A DNA stretch of 35,477 nucleotides from a virus: IMG/VR virus record IMGVR_UViG_3300031867_000276, positions 1 through 35,477 of that record; one strand, given 5' to 3'. The notes beneath the pieces were generated by a model that was given only the letters and a program-made list of their open reading frames with translations, did no database searches and had not been told where the DNA came from. Every line of letters starts with the position of its first letter. The stretch's first letter is position 1. Position numbers and translations under genes: made by a program. This document shows positions 8,991 to 17,506 of this stretch, in pieces.

Positions 8991-9541
8991 CAGACCGTTC
9001 AATTGACTATGGCGAGGTATCTGACAGCACGAAACTATACCAGTTAATCAAAGACCTGTTAGACGCTTACAGAGCCAATATTGAAAAAGCACAAGCAGTT
9101 GCAAGTGGCGAACTGATTAATGCAGCGACTTATAGTGCGAACAAATGGGAATTGCGTTGGAAAGGTCAAACCCTGCAACTGGTTTTGTTGCTGCCCGAAC
9201 AATGGCAATACATTGAAGAAGGACGATCGCCAACGCAACGTAGCGAGGGCGGTGTTCTTTATCCTGCAATATTGGAATGGGTAAAGGTCAAAAGGATTGT
9301 GCCACGACCCGACCCAAAGACACACAAAGTGCCAAAGATTGAATCGGTGGCGTGGGCGATAACAAAGAAAATCCACAAGCGAGGATATTTCGACCCTGAC
9401 CATCACGGAAAGCACCCATTAAGGACTGCGATTGAAGAAACGGACATTGTAGCGGCTTTCGCAACCGCACTGGCAGACCAGTTCAACCGCATTATAAAAG
9501 TCGAACTGGCGGAGAATTTGACCAAAATAACTCGCCATTAA
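8987..9541 (+). CDS. Hypothetical structural-module protein
   Basis: 184-aa ORF, ATGA-coupled to the upstream gene. Confidence 0.6.
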   Translation: MTDRSIDYGEVSDSTKLYQLIKDLLDAYRANIEKAQAVASGELINAATYSANKWELRWKGQTLQLVLLLPEQWQYIEEGRSPTQRSEGGVLYPAILEWVKVKRIVPRPDPKTHKVPKIESVAWAITKKIHKRGYFDPDHHGKHPLRTAIEETDIVAAFATALADQFNRIIKVELAENLTKITRH

Positions 9542-9561
9542 TGTACACAAACCACAAATCA

Positions 9562-9570
9562 CGATAATTT
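9562..9570 (+). promoter_or_regulatory. CGATAATTT motif copy
   Basis: Exact 9-mer in an intergenic gap, 21 nt upstream of ATG 9591. Confidence 0.5.
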
Positions 9571-9590
9571 AATATCAAAAATCACGAAAA

Positions 9591-10412
9591 ATGCCGAATT
9601 ACTACCATATAAAGGTTCGCAGAGATACCGCAGCAAATTGGGCGGCTAACAATCCGACCCCTGCTTATGGCGAAATCTGTCAGGAAACAGACACCAAACG
9701 TAAAAAGATTGGCGATGGTGCTACTGCGTACAACTCATTACCATACGACCAACCGGGCAACGCTACCACATCCTCGGCAGGTCTTATGTCTGCAGCGGAC
9801 AAACAAAAGTTGGACGGTATTGATATGTCGCAATATGCGAAACTCAACTCTCCGCTTTTCACAGGCACACCAACAGCACCGACCAAAAGCGGTTACGATG
9901 TCAGTAAACAACTTGCGACAGATGCCTACGTGCTGCATCAAATAGCAGCGGCATCGGCATCGGTAATGGTGCGTTGCATCTTTTCATTGTCTGCGAATAC
10001 TGTTCAGAATATCATTAACAACATTTCCGAATGTGTCTTTATGGCTGTCAATGGGAAAGCGGTTGCAATAGAGAAGTCACAAAAACTCGTTGCAGGAATC
10101 AACTATGTTGATTTTGTTTTCAATACTGGTTCGCAGATTGCCTGTAGCAAGATTCCCGACGATGCCTTTGGCGGCATTTCCAATCTGACCGCTGCGGTAT
10201 TGCCTGAAAGAATAATCGAGGTTGGCATTAAAGCCTTTAGTGGCTGTCCGGAAATGAATATGGTGTATTCGCTGTCGCCATTCGCAAAGATAGATGGCAC
10301 AACGTTTCAGGGGACAAACTTACTAAAAGCATACGTACACAAAGCATTTGCCACGTACTATCAGGCGGATGCGGAATGGACTGCTTTAAATTGTCAATTT
10401 ATAACATTCTAA
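9591..10412 (+). CDS. Tail fibre protein with C-terminal leucine-rich-repeat-like domain
   Basis: The N-terminal VRRDTAANWAANNPTPAYGEICQETDTKRKKIGDGATAYNSLPY resembles the Mtd/HylP-type N-terminal fibre domain. GLMSAADKQKLDGI and SPLFTGTPTAPT are fibre motifs. The C-terminus shows a BspA-like LRR pattern. Confidence 0.7.
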   Translation: MPNYYHIKVRRDTAANWAANNPTPAYGEICQETDTKRKKIGDGATAYNSLPYDQPGNATTSSAGLMSAADKQKLDGIDMSQYAKLNSPLFTGTPTAPTKSGYDVSKQLATDAYVLHQIAAASASVMVRCIFSLSANTVQNIINNISECVFMAVNGKAVAIEKSQKLVAGINYVDFVFNTGSQIACSKIPDDAFGGISNLTAAVLPERIIEVGIKAFSGCPEMNMVYSLSPFAKIDGTTFQGTNLLKAYVHKAFATYYQADAEWTALNCQFITF

Positions 10413-10416
10413 TACA

Positions 10417-10716
10417 ATGATTAATACATTTGAATCCGTCAAAGTTTTAAAGGTCGACAAGGTCACAGACCTATCGACCAATTTTGCACCTGCATCCGGG
10501 AAACCGTTTCACATCTTTATCAATCCAAAGAGTGAATCCAGTTACGACATTGGCGATGTAGTGGTTATCACTGCGAAACCTGCCAAAAACAACACCGCAA
10601 CGGCTGTTCCTGTCGTGATTGGCGACTGGAATCCTGTTTTGTTTGAAAACATTACGGCAGGGGCAATCGACATCACAACCAACGACATCTATTATTCCGA
10701 AGTTGATACCTACTAA
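10417..10716 (+). CDS. Hypothetical protein
   Basis: 99-aa co-directional ORF. Confidence 0.55.
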   Translation: MINTFESVKVLKVDKVTDLSTNFAPASGKPFHIFINPKSESSYDIGDVVVITAKPAKNNTATAVPVVIGDWNPVLFENITAGAIDITTNDIYYSEVDTY

Positions 10717-10719
10717 ACT

Positions 10720-10956
10720 ATGAGTTTGATTGTTGGAATACTCAATGCGATAGGACGCAAACGCAACAGTGGAGGCAGTGGCGGTGGTTTTGTGCCTGAC
10801 GATGACAACTACCTGACCACTGAAAGCAGCCGACCAATATTGACAGAGGGCGGCGACTATCTGTTGTGGGAAGCGGCAACAATCCTACTGTCTGAAGATG
10901 GTTTTGGACTACTGACTGAAAATTATAATCAATTAATTTGCGAACAATATGAGTAA
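10720..10956 (+). CDS. Hypothetical protein
   Basis: 78-aa co-directional ORF. Confidence 0.5.
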   Translation: MSLIVGILNAIGRKRNSGGSGGGFVPDDDNYLTTESSRPILTEGGDYLLWEAATILLSEDGFGLLTENYNQLICEQYE

Positions 10957-12550
10957 AAAGAAAATTTCCGAACTCCCTGTGTTTAATGGCAATGCAGCGG
11001 AGTATGTCATTGTCGGTTACGATACTACCGATATGACAACAAAGAAATGTAATTTTGCCACGCTGATTGCCAACAGTGGCGACCCACGTATCAAACCATT
11101 GACAGCCGAGAATCTTGAAGTTGGCGATATGCTGTTCTTTGACCGTGCCGAAGAAAAATACTGCATTGTTAAGAAAGCAGCCATCGCAGCAGTTTTGGCA
11201 GACTACAACCAAACTCGCTACGAAACCAACTACGACACCTACATTGGCACATTCAATGGTGTTGCACACTTTGTCGCTTTGGACGATGCAGTTGCAAGCA
11301 ACGCACTCTACAGCGATGATGTTGCTGCGACATCCTGTTTCTATCGTATCGAGATAGACAACACGCAGGCTGGCAGTATTACCCTGTCGGCAACAAGTGG
11401 CAATGCCAGTGTCGCAGAAACGACCATCACTTGGGGTGCAGGCGACACGATGTCAAGCATTGTCGCACAGTTCACGGCACTCAATACCACGTACATAACC
11501 TTTGCTGCACTTGACGACCAAAGCGGTGTAGGACTGGAGATTGGCGGTTATGGCAATAACACCCTCACGACATCGGGATTGTCAAACTGCACCGTCATTG
11601 ACTGTTCAGGACTGGCAATGCTGTCGAGCCATAACAGTACCGCTGTTGTGGGCGGCACTTATGTACCCGGCAACGCCTATACCTTTATCGGTCAAGGTGT
11701 ACACCATAATTTCAGAGGTGCTTCCGCAAACTCCATCCTCGGTGCAACCGTCAAGGCTCCGAATACAGTCTGTATTGCCAATGATGGTTTCAACTACAGT
11801 TACCGAGTCGGAATCAACTTTGCCAAATTCAAATCGTGGGCATCCGTCAGTGGCGATGATACATACTATGATGATGGCGAGGGCGGTCAGGATGATTCTG
11901 TAGGTCACGTGATGCGTGAATCGAGATTTAACACCGAGGTACGTGACTACACAGGCAGCGATGCACACCACCTCGGAATGAAAGACTACTATACACACCT
12001 GTTGAATGACCAGTCGGGCGAATATGCCGAACTGCGTGAAGAGTTTATTTCTCGCTATGGCAATATGACCTCGATGTATGACGGTTATTTGATGGCACAC
12101 TGTATGGATGTGGCTGCCGCCAGTGGCACAACCAATGACCTGCGCAATTATGGTATGACGCAGACAGCAGCGAAAGCAGACTGCCTGAACGTCAATTACA
12201 ATTACAAGTTCATTCCTGCATATCCGCCTGAATACAACGCACAGCATTATGGCGTGACTTCCGAGGGATTTGTGCCGGGTAAATACTACCATCCCGAACC
12301 GGGTGACATTGGTTTGATGTTCCGTGACGACATTATGCCTGTCATTAATGACAATATAACAGAAGTCAGAGCGGCATTGCTACAGAACGTTGGCACACCT
12401 CTTACAAACTCACTGTACAGAGGTTCGTGCGCTGACTGCGGCGGCGGCAGCTCGTGGTTCTTCGACGGCAGCGGCGGCTGTTTCAGCAGCGACGGCCGCT
12501 ACGGCGGTTACTTCCGCTGTCGTCCTGTCCTCGCTTTAAGCCTTTCATAA
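10949..12550 (+). CDS. DGR target protein 1: tail-fibre / receptor-binding-like protein with C-terminal variable (C-type-lectin/DUF1566-like) region
   Basis: The last ~40 aa (CADCGGGSSWFFDGSGGCFSSDGRYGGYFRCRPVL) are encoded by VR1. Lies in the tail-fibre neighbourhood, directly upstream of avd-TR-RT. Confidence 0.85.
   Translation: MSKKKISELPVFNGNAAEYVIVGYDTTDMTTKKCNFATLIANSGDPRIKPLTAENLEVGDMLFFDRAEEKYCIVKKAAIAAVLADYNQTRYETNYDTYIGTFNGVAHFVALDDAVASNALYSDDVAATSCFYRIEIDNTQAGSITLSATSGNASVAETTITWGAGDTMSSIVAQFTALNTTYITFAALDDQSGVGLEIGGYGNNTLTTSGLSNCTVIDCSGLAMLSSHNSTAVVGGTYVPGNAYTFIGQGVHHNFRGASANSILGATVKAPNTVCIANDGFNYSYRVGINFAKFKSWASVSGDDTYYDDGEGGQDDSVGHVMRESRFNTEVRDYTGSDAHHLGMKDYYTHLLNDQSGEYAELREEFISRYGNMTSMYDGYLMAHCMDVAAASGTTNDLRNYGMTQTAAKADCLNVNYNYKFIPAYPPEYNAQHYGVTSEGFVPGKYYHPEPGDIGLMFRDDIMPVINDNITEVRAALLQNVGTPLTNSLYRGSCADCGGGSSWFFDGSGGCFSSDGRYGGYFRCRPVLALSLS
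12417..12534 (+). repeat. DGR variable repeat VR1
   Basis: Gap-free 118-nt alignment to TR. There are 19 internal mismatches (17 A>G, 2 A>T), all at TR adenines. The terminal 23 nt are identical. Confidence 0.9.
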
Positions 12551-12569
12551 GTTTGAATGTTTAATCTTT

Positions 12570-12597
12570 GCCGCTCCATCCCGTAGGGTGGGGCGGC
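12570..12597 (+). other. GC-rich hairpin downstream of VR1 (candidate DGR target-recognition structure or terminator)
   Basis: gccgctccatccc / gggtggggcggc forms a 12-bp stem with one bulge and one G-U pair and a 3-nt loop. It lies about 35 nt after the VR1 end. Confidence 0.55.
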
Positions 12598-12620
12598 ATT
12601 GAAACAAACAATGAATCATT

Positions 12621-13064
12621 ATGCCGAGAAAACGTCCGAAATCACTCGATGCACCTGTGGTTATGATTGCCCGAAGACTTGAAGCGTGGGCGTATCTGCG
12701 TTGCGACCAGTGGAAAAAGCAATACAGATATACCCTCGTGAATGATTTTCGCAGTCATATCACAGCGGCAAAGAATGAAATCATACGTGGTTTTGAATTG
12801 CACAACAGATTCAAAGACGAAAAACTATACCATTACAACCTCGCACAAACCGAATTGGCATTGACCGAGAGTTGTATGGATATAATGATAATGGACGAAT
12901 TCTGCATAATGAGTGAAAAGGAATGGGCGCAGGCTGCAATGCAGATTGATGAAATAAGAATGGGATTGTCGAGGCTCGCTAACTCGCTAACTAAAGGCGT
13001 TGGTGGGTCGGAATCTTCGAACTGCGGAACGGAGAGCGTGTCTGCCAATTATAAGGATGTCTAA
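12621..13064 (+). CDS. avd: DGR accessory variability determinant (Avd-like)
   Basis: 147-aa basic, predicted helical protein in the canonical position between the target gene and TR. The pattern resembles four-helix-bundle Avd proteins. Confidence 0.7.
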   Translation: MPRKRPKSLDAPVVMIARRLEAWAYLRCDQWKKQYRYTLVNDFRSHITAAKNEIIRGFELHNRFKDEKLYHYNLAQTELALTESCMDIMIMDEFCIMSEKEWAQAAMQIDEIRMGLSRLANSLTKGVGGSESSNCGTESVSANYKDV

Positions 13065-13078
13065 CTATTCAGGTAAAT

Positions 13079-14485
13079 ATGGATAGTCAAATCAACATAG
13101 ACAAGCAAAGAGGTTCGTGCGCTGACTACAACGGCAACAACTCGTGGTACTTCAACGGCAACAACGGCTGTTTCAACAACAACAACCGCTACAACGGTAA
13201 CTTCCGCTGTCGTCCTGTCCTCGACTATGGCTGGTATGACAATGCGAAACTCGACACATATCCCATCACACTTGCAGACTGGTACATTATCAGTCGTGAA
13301 ACTGCAAAGGGCAAAGCGAACAAACCCTGCTACGTGTTCTTTATCCTGAATCGGATAAACGAGTTGGTACAACTTGCACACGAGGTTGGAAATTTTGAGG
13401 TTATGCCGACCGAAAGCACTGCACATATTATCTTTGAACCGAGAGTGCGAGAGATTGTATGTGCTGTTGCATCGAAACGAGTGTTGCAAACTTACTACAT
13501 CCGCAGTCTGCAACCATACCTCGAAAGCGTTCTGTACCATCCTGACAGTTACAGTTGCAGACGTGGCAAAGGCGGTCTGCGTGCCGTGATGCAGTTGCAG
13601 GATTATATCTTTGAGCAGTCAAACGGCTATACTTCCGATTTGTGGCTTGCGAAAGTGGATATACAGGCGTTCTTTATGTCGCTCAACTGCTTTCAGGTGT
13701 GCGAGGTCGTAACAAACTTCATCAACCGCAGAATGTCAGACCATCCACAGCGAGAGTTGCTTGTCTATCTGACACGCATAATCTATCTTGCAGCAACAAA
13801 AGACCATTTGAGGGATATGGCGCACCCTGCGGAACGAGTGTTGCTCGACCCTACCAAATCGCTTTACAACCGTCCGCACTATACAGGTGTACCCATTGGC
13901 GATTGGACGAGCCAAACGGCAGGATTAATCATTACTACGTTTCCGCTGCGGTATCTTGAATCTTTGGGATATAAGTTTATCCATTACACGGACGATACTG
14001 TTGTACTGGTCAGGGATAAGCGGCAATGGCTCGAAGATGTTGAACGACTTGCGAGATACTACAAAGAAAATTTTGGTTTGACACTGCACCCGAAGAAACG
14101 CTATCTGCAACACTACAGCAAGGGCGTTGAATGTTTGGGGTACAAAGTCAGATTTAACCGCATACTTCCGAGCAACAGAATCTATCATAATTTGACGTGG
14201 TATTTGGAGCGTACTATCCGCAAGGCTGAATCCCAACCGAGTTTTGCCATCAGTCACGCCGAGCAGATACAATCAACATTGAACAGTTACCTCGGTTTCC
14301 TGCGTTGGTGCAACGGTTACAGGCTCCGTGAAAAGGTCTGTAAAATGGTTTCTGATTCAGTACTCGGAACGGTGTTGAAACCATCCGAGGACTGTAAGAA
14401 AATAACCATCCGCAGGGAATACACAAAGAAAACATACTATCGAAACGAATATAAAACACTGAAACAACAATTAAAAGCAGCATAA
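13079..14485 (+). CDS. DGR reverse transcriptase (annotated ORF includes TR at its 5' end)
   Basis: PIGDWTSQ (the I/LGxxxSQ DGR-RT signature), YTDD catalytic motif and VDIQAFFMSL. The true start is uncertain because no in-frame ATG lies between TR and the conserved N-terminal RT region. Confidence 0.9.
   Translation: MDSQINIDKQRGSCADYNGNNSWYFNGNNGCFNNNNRYNGNFRCRPVLDYGWYDNAKLDTYPITLADWYIISRETAKGKANKPCYVFFILNRINELVQLAHEVGNFEVMPTESTAHIIFEPRVREIVCAVASKRVLQTYYIRSLQPYLESVLYHPDSYSCRRGKGGLRAVMQLQDYIFEQSNGYTSDLWLAKVDIQAFFMSLNCFQVCEVVTNFINRRMSDHPQRELLVYLTRIIYLAATKDHLRDMAHPAERVLLDPTKSLYNRPHYTGVPIGDWTSQTAGLIITTFPLRYLESLGYKFIHYTDDTVVLVRDKRQWLEDVERLARYYKENFGLTLHPKKRYLQHYSKGVECLGYKVRFNRILPSNRIYHNLTWYLERTIRKAESQPSFAISHAEQIQSTLNSYLGFLRWCNGYRLREKVCKMVSDSVLGTVLKPSEDCKKITIRREYTKKTYYRNEYKTLKQQLKAA
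13107..13224 (+). repeat. DGR template repeat (TR)
   Basis: Adenine-rich master copy with 12 AAC and 3 TAC codons and 28 adenines between 13121 and 13200. It matches VR1, VR2 and VR3 at all non-adenine positions. Confidence 0.9.
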
Positions 14486-14486
14486 A

Positions 14487-14798
14487 ATGAAAAAGTACGG
14501 AAAATTTGTTTGTGGCGCATTGAGAGTGCCGCAGAACTATCCCAGTTACATAGAACTGGACGGACAAAAGGTTTACAACCCTACAGACGAGCAGTATGCC
14601 GCAGCCGGGTATCTGCCAATCGAAGAAACCGAACCTGAAACCCCTGCCGAGGGGAAAATGCCTGTGGCGCACTATGCCATCAGCGAGGACGGAACAAAGA
14701 TTGTGCAGTCGTGGACTTACGAGGATATTCCTGTAATGGAAACCGAGCAGGAAACCGAAGCACCGAAGAAAACCACCAAAAAGAAATCCACGAAGTAA
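14487..14798 (+). CDS. Hypothetical protein (acidic/Lys-rich tail)
   Basis: 103-aa ORF starting 2 nt after the RT stop. Confidence 0.55.
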   Translation: MKKYGKFVCGALRVPQNYPSYIELDGQKVYNPTDEQYAAAGYLPIEETEPETPAEGKMPVAHYAISEDGTKIVQSWTYEDIPVMETEQETEAPKKTTKKKSTK

Positions 14799-14799
14799 G

Positions 14800-15201
14800 A
14801 TGCTATTTCTTGACGACACATTACCCATTATCCTGACCGAGAACGGTGACGATATTACCACAGAGCGTAAAAATGACCTCTGCGGCGATAACGTCACCGA
14901 CTTGGTGGAAATGGTCATACCAACAAAAAGAACGGCACAGGCGGAAAATTTGACAATTTTAACTGTCAATGACACCACCGGAGCGCAGTTTGAATTTGTG
15001 TCGCAGTCTGCATCCATCAAACCGTATAAAGTGACTGCGATTTTCAACTTTAACGTTGATATGCCGTGCGGACAATACCATTTCATCCTGTCAGACATTG
15101 ACGGGGAACTGCAGCGAGGATTGATGCAGGTTGGTATGAGAACGGCAGACGTGCAGCAATACAAACCCGAAATCAAAACGGTAAGTTATGAACGAAGATA
15201 A
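14800..15201 (+). CDS. Hypothetical protein
   Basis: 133-aa co-directional ORF. Confidence 0.55.
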   Translation: MLFLDDTLPIILTENGDDITTERKNDLCGDNVTDLVEMVIPTKRTAQAENLTILTVNDTTGAQFEFVSQSASIKPYKVTAIFNFNVDMPCGQYHFILSDIDGELQRGLMQVGMRTADVQQYKPEIKTVSYERR

Positions 15202-16258
15202 TATCAAAGTACTGACATTGCAGATGAGGGAAGCGAATATCCCTATTCCAAAGGAAACCGAGGACAAATCCAAAGGGTTTGTCACGTTTGGAGAGGGCAA
15301 CAATTATCCTGCTTTTCTCTACGACTGCTACAGCGAGTGTAGCATCCTGCAATCCATCATAAACGGTCTGATAGACTATGTTTGCGGCAATGGATTCACT
15401 GACGAGAATTTGTCGCAGAAGCAAATCAACAAAAAGGGCGAAACCTTTATTGATTTGGTAAAAAAGGCAGTTGCGGACTACGCCATATTCGGTGCTTTCG
15501 CATTGCAGATTATCCGAAACAAGAACGGCAAGATACTTGAATTGTATTGGATTGATGCAAGGCGTGTAAGACTGAATGAGGACGAAACATTAGTCTATTA
15601 CCGCAAGGATTGGACAAAGAACAGGGAAACGAAAAAATATGACCGCTGGCAGCGTGATTATAAGTTTGACAACTGCATATACTACTACAAACGCCCTGCG
15701 TCACGTGGGGTGTATGGTCTGCCGATGTGGTCAAGTGTGGTTAAGGATGTGACAACGGCGATCGAGATTTCAAAATTTCACTTGTCGTCAATCCTGAATA
15801 ATTTTGCAGCATCCGCCATTATCAACTTCAATAATGGTGTGCCAACAAAAGAGGAACAGAAAGATATCGAACGGAGAATCAACGAAAAGTTTTCAGGCTC
15901 TACAAATGCCGCCCGAATGATGCTTGTTTTCAACAACAACAAAGAACAGGCGGTAACCGCTGAAAGACTGTCAGAAGATAACTTCGACCAAAAATATCAG
16001 GCGTTGTCAAAGAGTGTGAAAGAAAACATCTTTGTCGCTTTCAGAGCGCAACCGCAACTGTTTGGCACCGACCCCGACCGCACTGGTTTCAACTCGCAGG
16101 AATATCAGGAAAGTTTCAAACTGTTCAAAAAGACAGTCATCGCACCCATACAAAGCGAGATTGAATCTGCTTTTGCACGAATCGACCCTGCATTTTCATT
16201 CAAACTGAAAGAGTTTGAAATTGATTTCGACCCGATACAAACACATCCGACAATATGA
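15188..16258 (+). CDS. Portal protein
   Basis: 356 aa. The YGLPMWSSV ... FSGSTNAARMMLVF ... FRAQPQLFG pattern is typical of PBSX-type portal proteins. Confidence 0.75.
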   Translation: MNEDNIKVLTLQMREANIPIPKETEDKSKGFVTFGEGNNYPAFLYDCYSECSILQSIINGLIDYVCGNGFTDENLSQKQINKKGETFIDLVKKAVADYAIFGAFALQIIRNKNGKILELYWIDARRVRLNEDETLVYYRKDWTKNRETKKYDRWQRDYKFDNCIYYYKRPASRGVYGLPMWSSVVKDVTTAIEISKFHLSSILNNFAASAIINFNNGVPTKEEQKDIERRINEKFSGSTNAARMMLVFNNNKEQAVTAERLSEDNFDQKYQALSKSVKENIFVAFRAQPQLFGTDPDRTGFNSQEYQESFKLFKKTVIAPIQSEIESAFARIDPAFSFKLKEFEIDFDPIQTHPTI

Positions 16259-16767
16259 GAATACAACTGATTTCCGAAACAACACTCAAAGAACTCACAT
16301 TGATTAACGACAATGTGGATGCAGCCTTTATTACACCTGCAATCCAAAAGGCGCAGGATATGGGATTACAGCCATTAATCGGCAGCAATCTACTTAATAA
16401 GGTTTGTACACTGGTAAAGGACAAAACCATTGACGAACCCGAAAACGAAGCATACAAAACACTGCTCGATGATTTTATCATTCCGTATCTTTGTAACAAA
16501 GTAATGGCGGATATTCAGATACCGCTGTTTGCAAAGTTGAGAAATGCCGGTATCGTGCAGTCGCAAGACCTACAGACGCAGCAATTGAGCCGTGAGGATG
16601 TGGACTACATCAAAAAGGATTTCGAGTATTCTGCGGACTTTTACGGCACGAGAATGACGGACTATTTGTGTGCGAATGCCAGTCAATACCCTGAATGGCG
16701 CAGTCGTAGAAACATTGCTGATATGCCTGCCGACCCTGAAACCTTTAATACGCAAATTGTATTATGA
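16255..16767 (+). CDS. Hypothetical head-module protein (possible connector/adaptor)
   Basis: 170 aa, ATGA-coupled after the portal gene. Function inferred from position only. Confidence 0.5.
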   Translation: MRIQLISETTLKELTLINDNVDAAFITPAIQKAQDMGLQPLIGSNLLNKVCTLVKDKTIDEPENEAYKTLLDDFIIPYLCNKVMADIQIPLFAKLRNAGIVQSQDLQTQQLSREDVDYIKKDFEYSADFYGTRMTDYLCANASQYPEWRSRRNIADMPADPETFNTQIVL

Positions 16768-17186
16768 ATCTGTCAGAAATAGCAACAGCCATCGAGCAGG
16801 GTTTTTCCCGTGTTGGATATGTCGAAAGCATCTACAATGATGATGTTTACGACATTTGGAACAATAGCGAAATCCGTTATCTGTCCGCCTGTTGGGAACT
16901 CGAAAGCATAGAAACGCAGAACGATGTTAAAGCATATAATCTGATTGTCTATGCTGCCGACAGACTGATGGAGAATGAGACGAACAAAGTGCAATGTTGG
17001 GATGCTGCCGAGCAAGCAATTGAAACGATGTTCAATTATATTACAGAAAACGGACAGTCCGATAATTTATATATAGAAGAAACCCGACAATATACACCAT
17101 TCACGCAGAAATTTGCTGATTTTCTCGCAGGTGTGTATTGTAGGGTAAAGTTAAAAACATCAAACGAAATTAATCTTTGCACGTGA
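16764..17186 (+). CDS. Hypothetical head-module protein
   Basis: 140-aa coupled ORF. Confidence 0.55.
   Translation: MNLSEIATAIEQGFSRVGYVESIYNDDVYDIWNNSEIRYLSACWELESIETQNDVKAYNLIVYAADRLMENETNKVQCWDAAEQAIETMFNYITENGQSDNLYIEETRQYTPFTQKFADFLAGVYCRVKLKTSNEINLCT
17060..17068 (+). promoter_or_regulatory. CGATAATTT motif copy inside a coding region
   Basis: Exact 9-mer, but 120 nt upstream of the next start (17189). It may be fortuitous or an internal promoter. Confidence 0.2.
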
Positions 17187-17188
17187 CA

Positions 17189-17452
17189 ATGAAACTGACC
17201 ACAGAAAAGAAAATCGTTTGGCAATACATAGCATCAACGCTTGTATTGCTTTCAGGACTGGTGCTGATTTTCTTGAGTTTTTTCGCACCGCCCAAAGGGG
17301 CAATCGATGCAAGTGTTTTGACTGCATTTGGCGAGGCTCTTTCATTCGTTGGCGCAGTGTGGGGTATAGCAGCCACATCGACACGCAAAATCTATGAGAT
17401 AGACAGAAAATACAAGTCTATCGAGGAACTTGCGGAAGAAAAAAAAGATTGA
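17189..17452 (+). CDS. Small membrane protein
   Basis: ORF track 17177 starts at a TTG. The ATG at 17189 follows the upstream stop. Two hydrophobic segments. Confidence 0.55.
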   Translation: MKLTTEKKIVWQYIASTLVLLSGLVLIFLSFFAPPKGAIDASVLTAFGEALSFVGAVWGIAATSTRKIYEIDRKYKSIEELAEEKKD

Positions 17453-17476
17453 TTTTTTTACACATTCAAGGCAATC

Positions 17477-17485
17477 CGATAATTT
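17477..17485 (+). promoter_or_regulatory. CGATAATTT motif copy
   Basis: Exact 9-mer in an intergenic gap, 22 nt upstream of ATG 17507. Confidence 0.5.
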
Positions 17486-17506
17486 ACTCACAAATACGTT
17501 AAAACA

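Noticed and set aside
13110-13200. Asn-rich low-complexity N-terminus of the RT ORF, considered as a prion-like or poly-N protein domain.
   Set aside because: The Asn codons are the AAC diversification codons of the DGR template repeat. The composition is explained by TR function.
13061-13540. 159-aa - strand ORF with a VVAVVVVETAVVAVEVPRVVAVVV stretch.
   Set aside because: The Val-rich run is simply the reverse complement of the AAC-rich TR. It is antisense to TR and the RT.
14250-15176. 308-aa ORF on the - strand, the longest antisense ORF.
   Set aside because: It lies antisense to the RT 3' end and to two co-directional + strand genes. Its translation is Cys/Arg/Phe-rich with no recognisable motif. 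No other - strand gene exists outside the lysogeny block.
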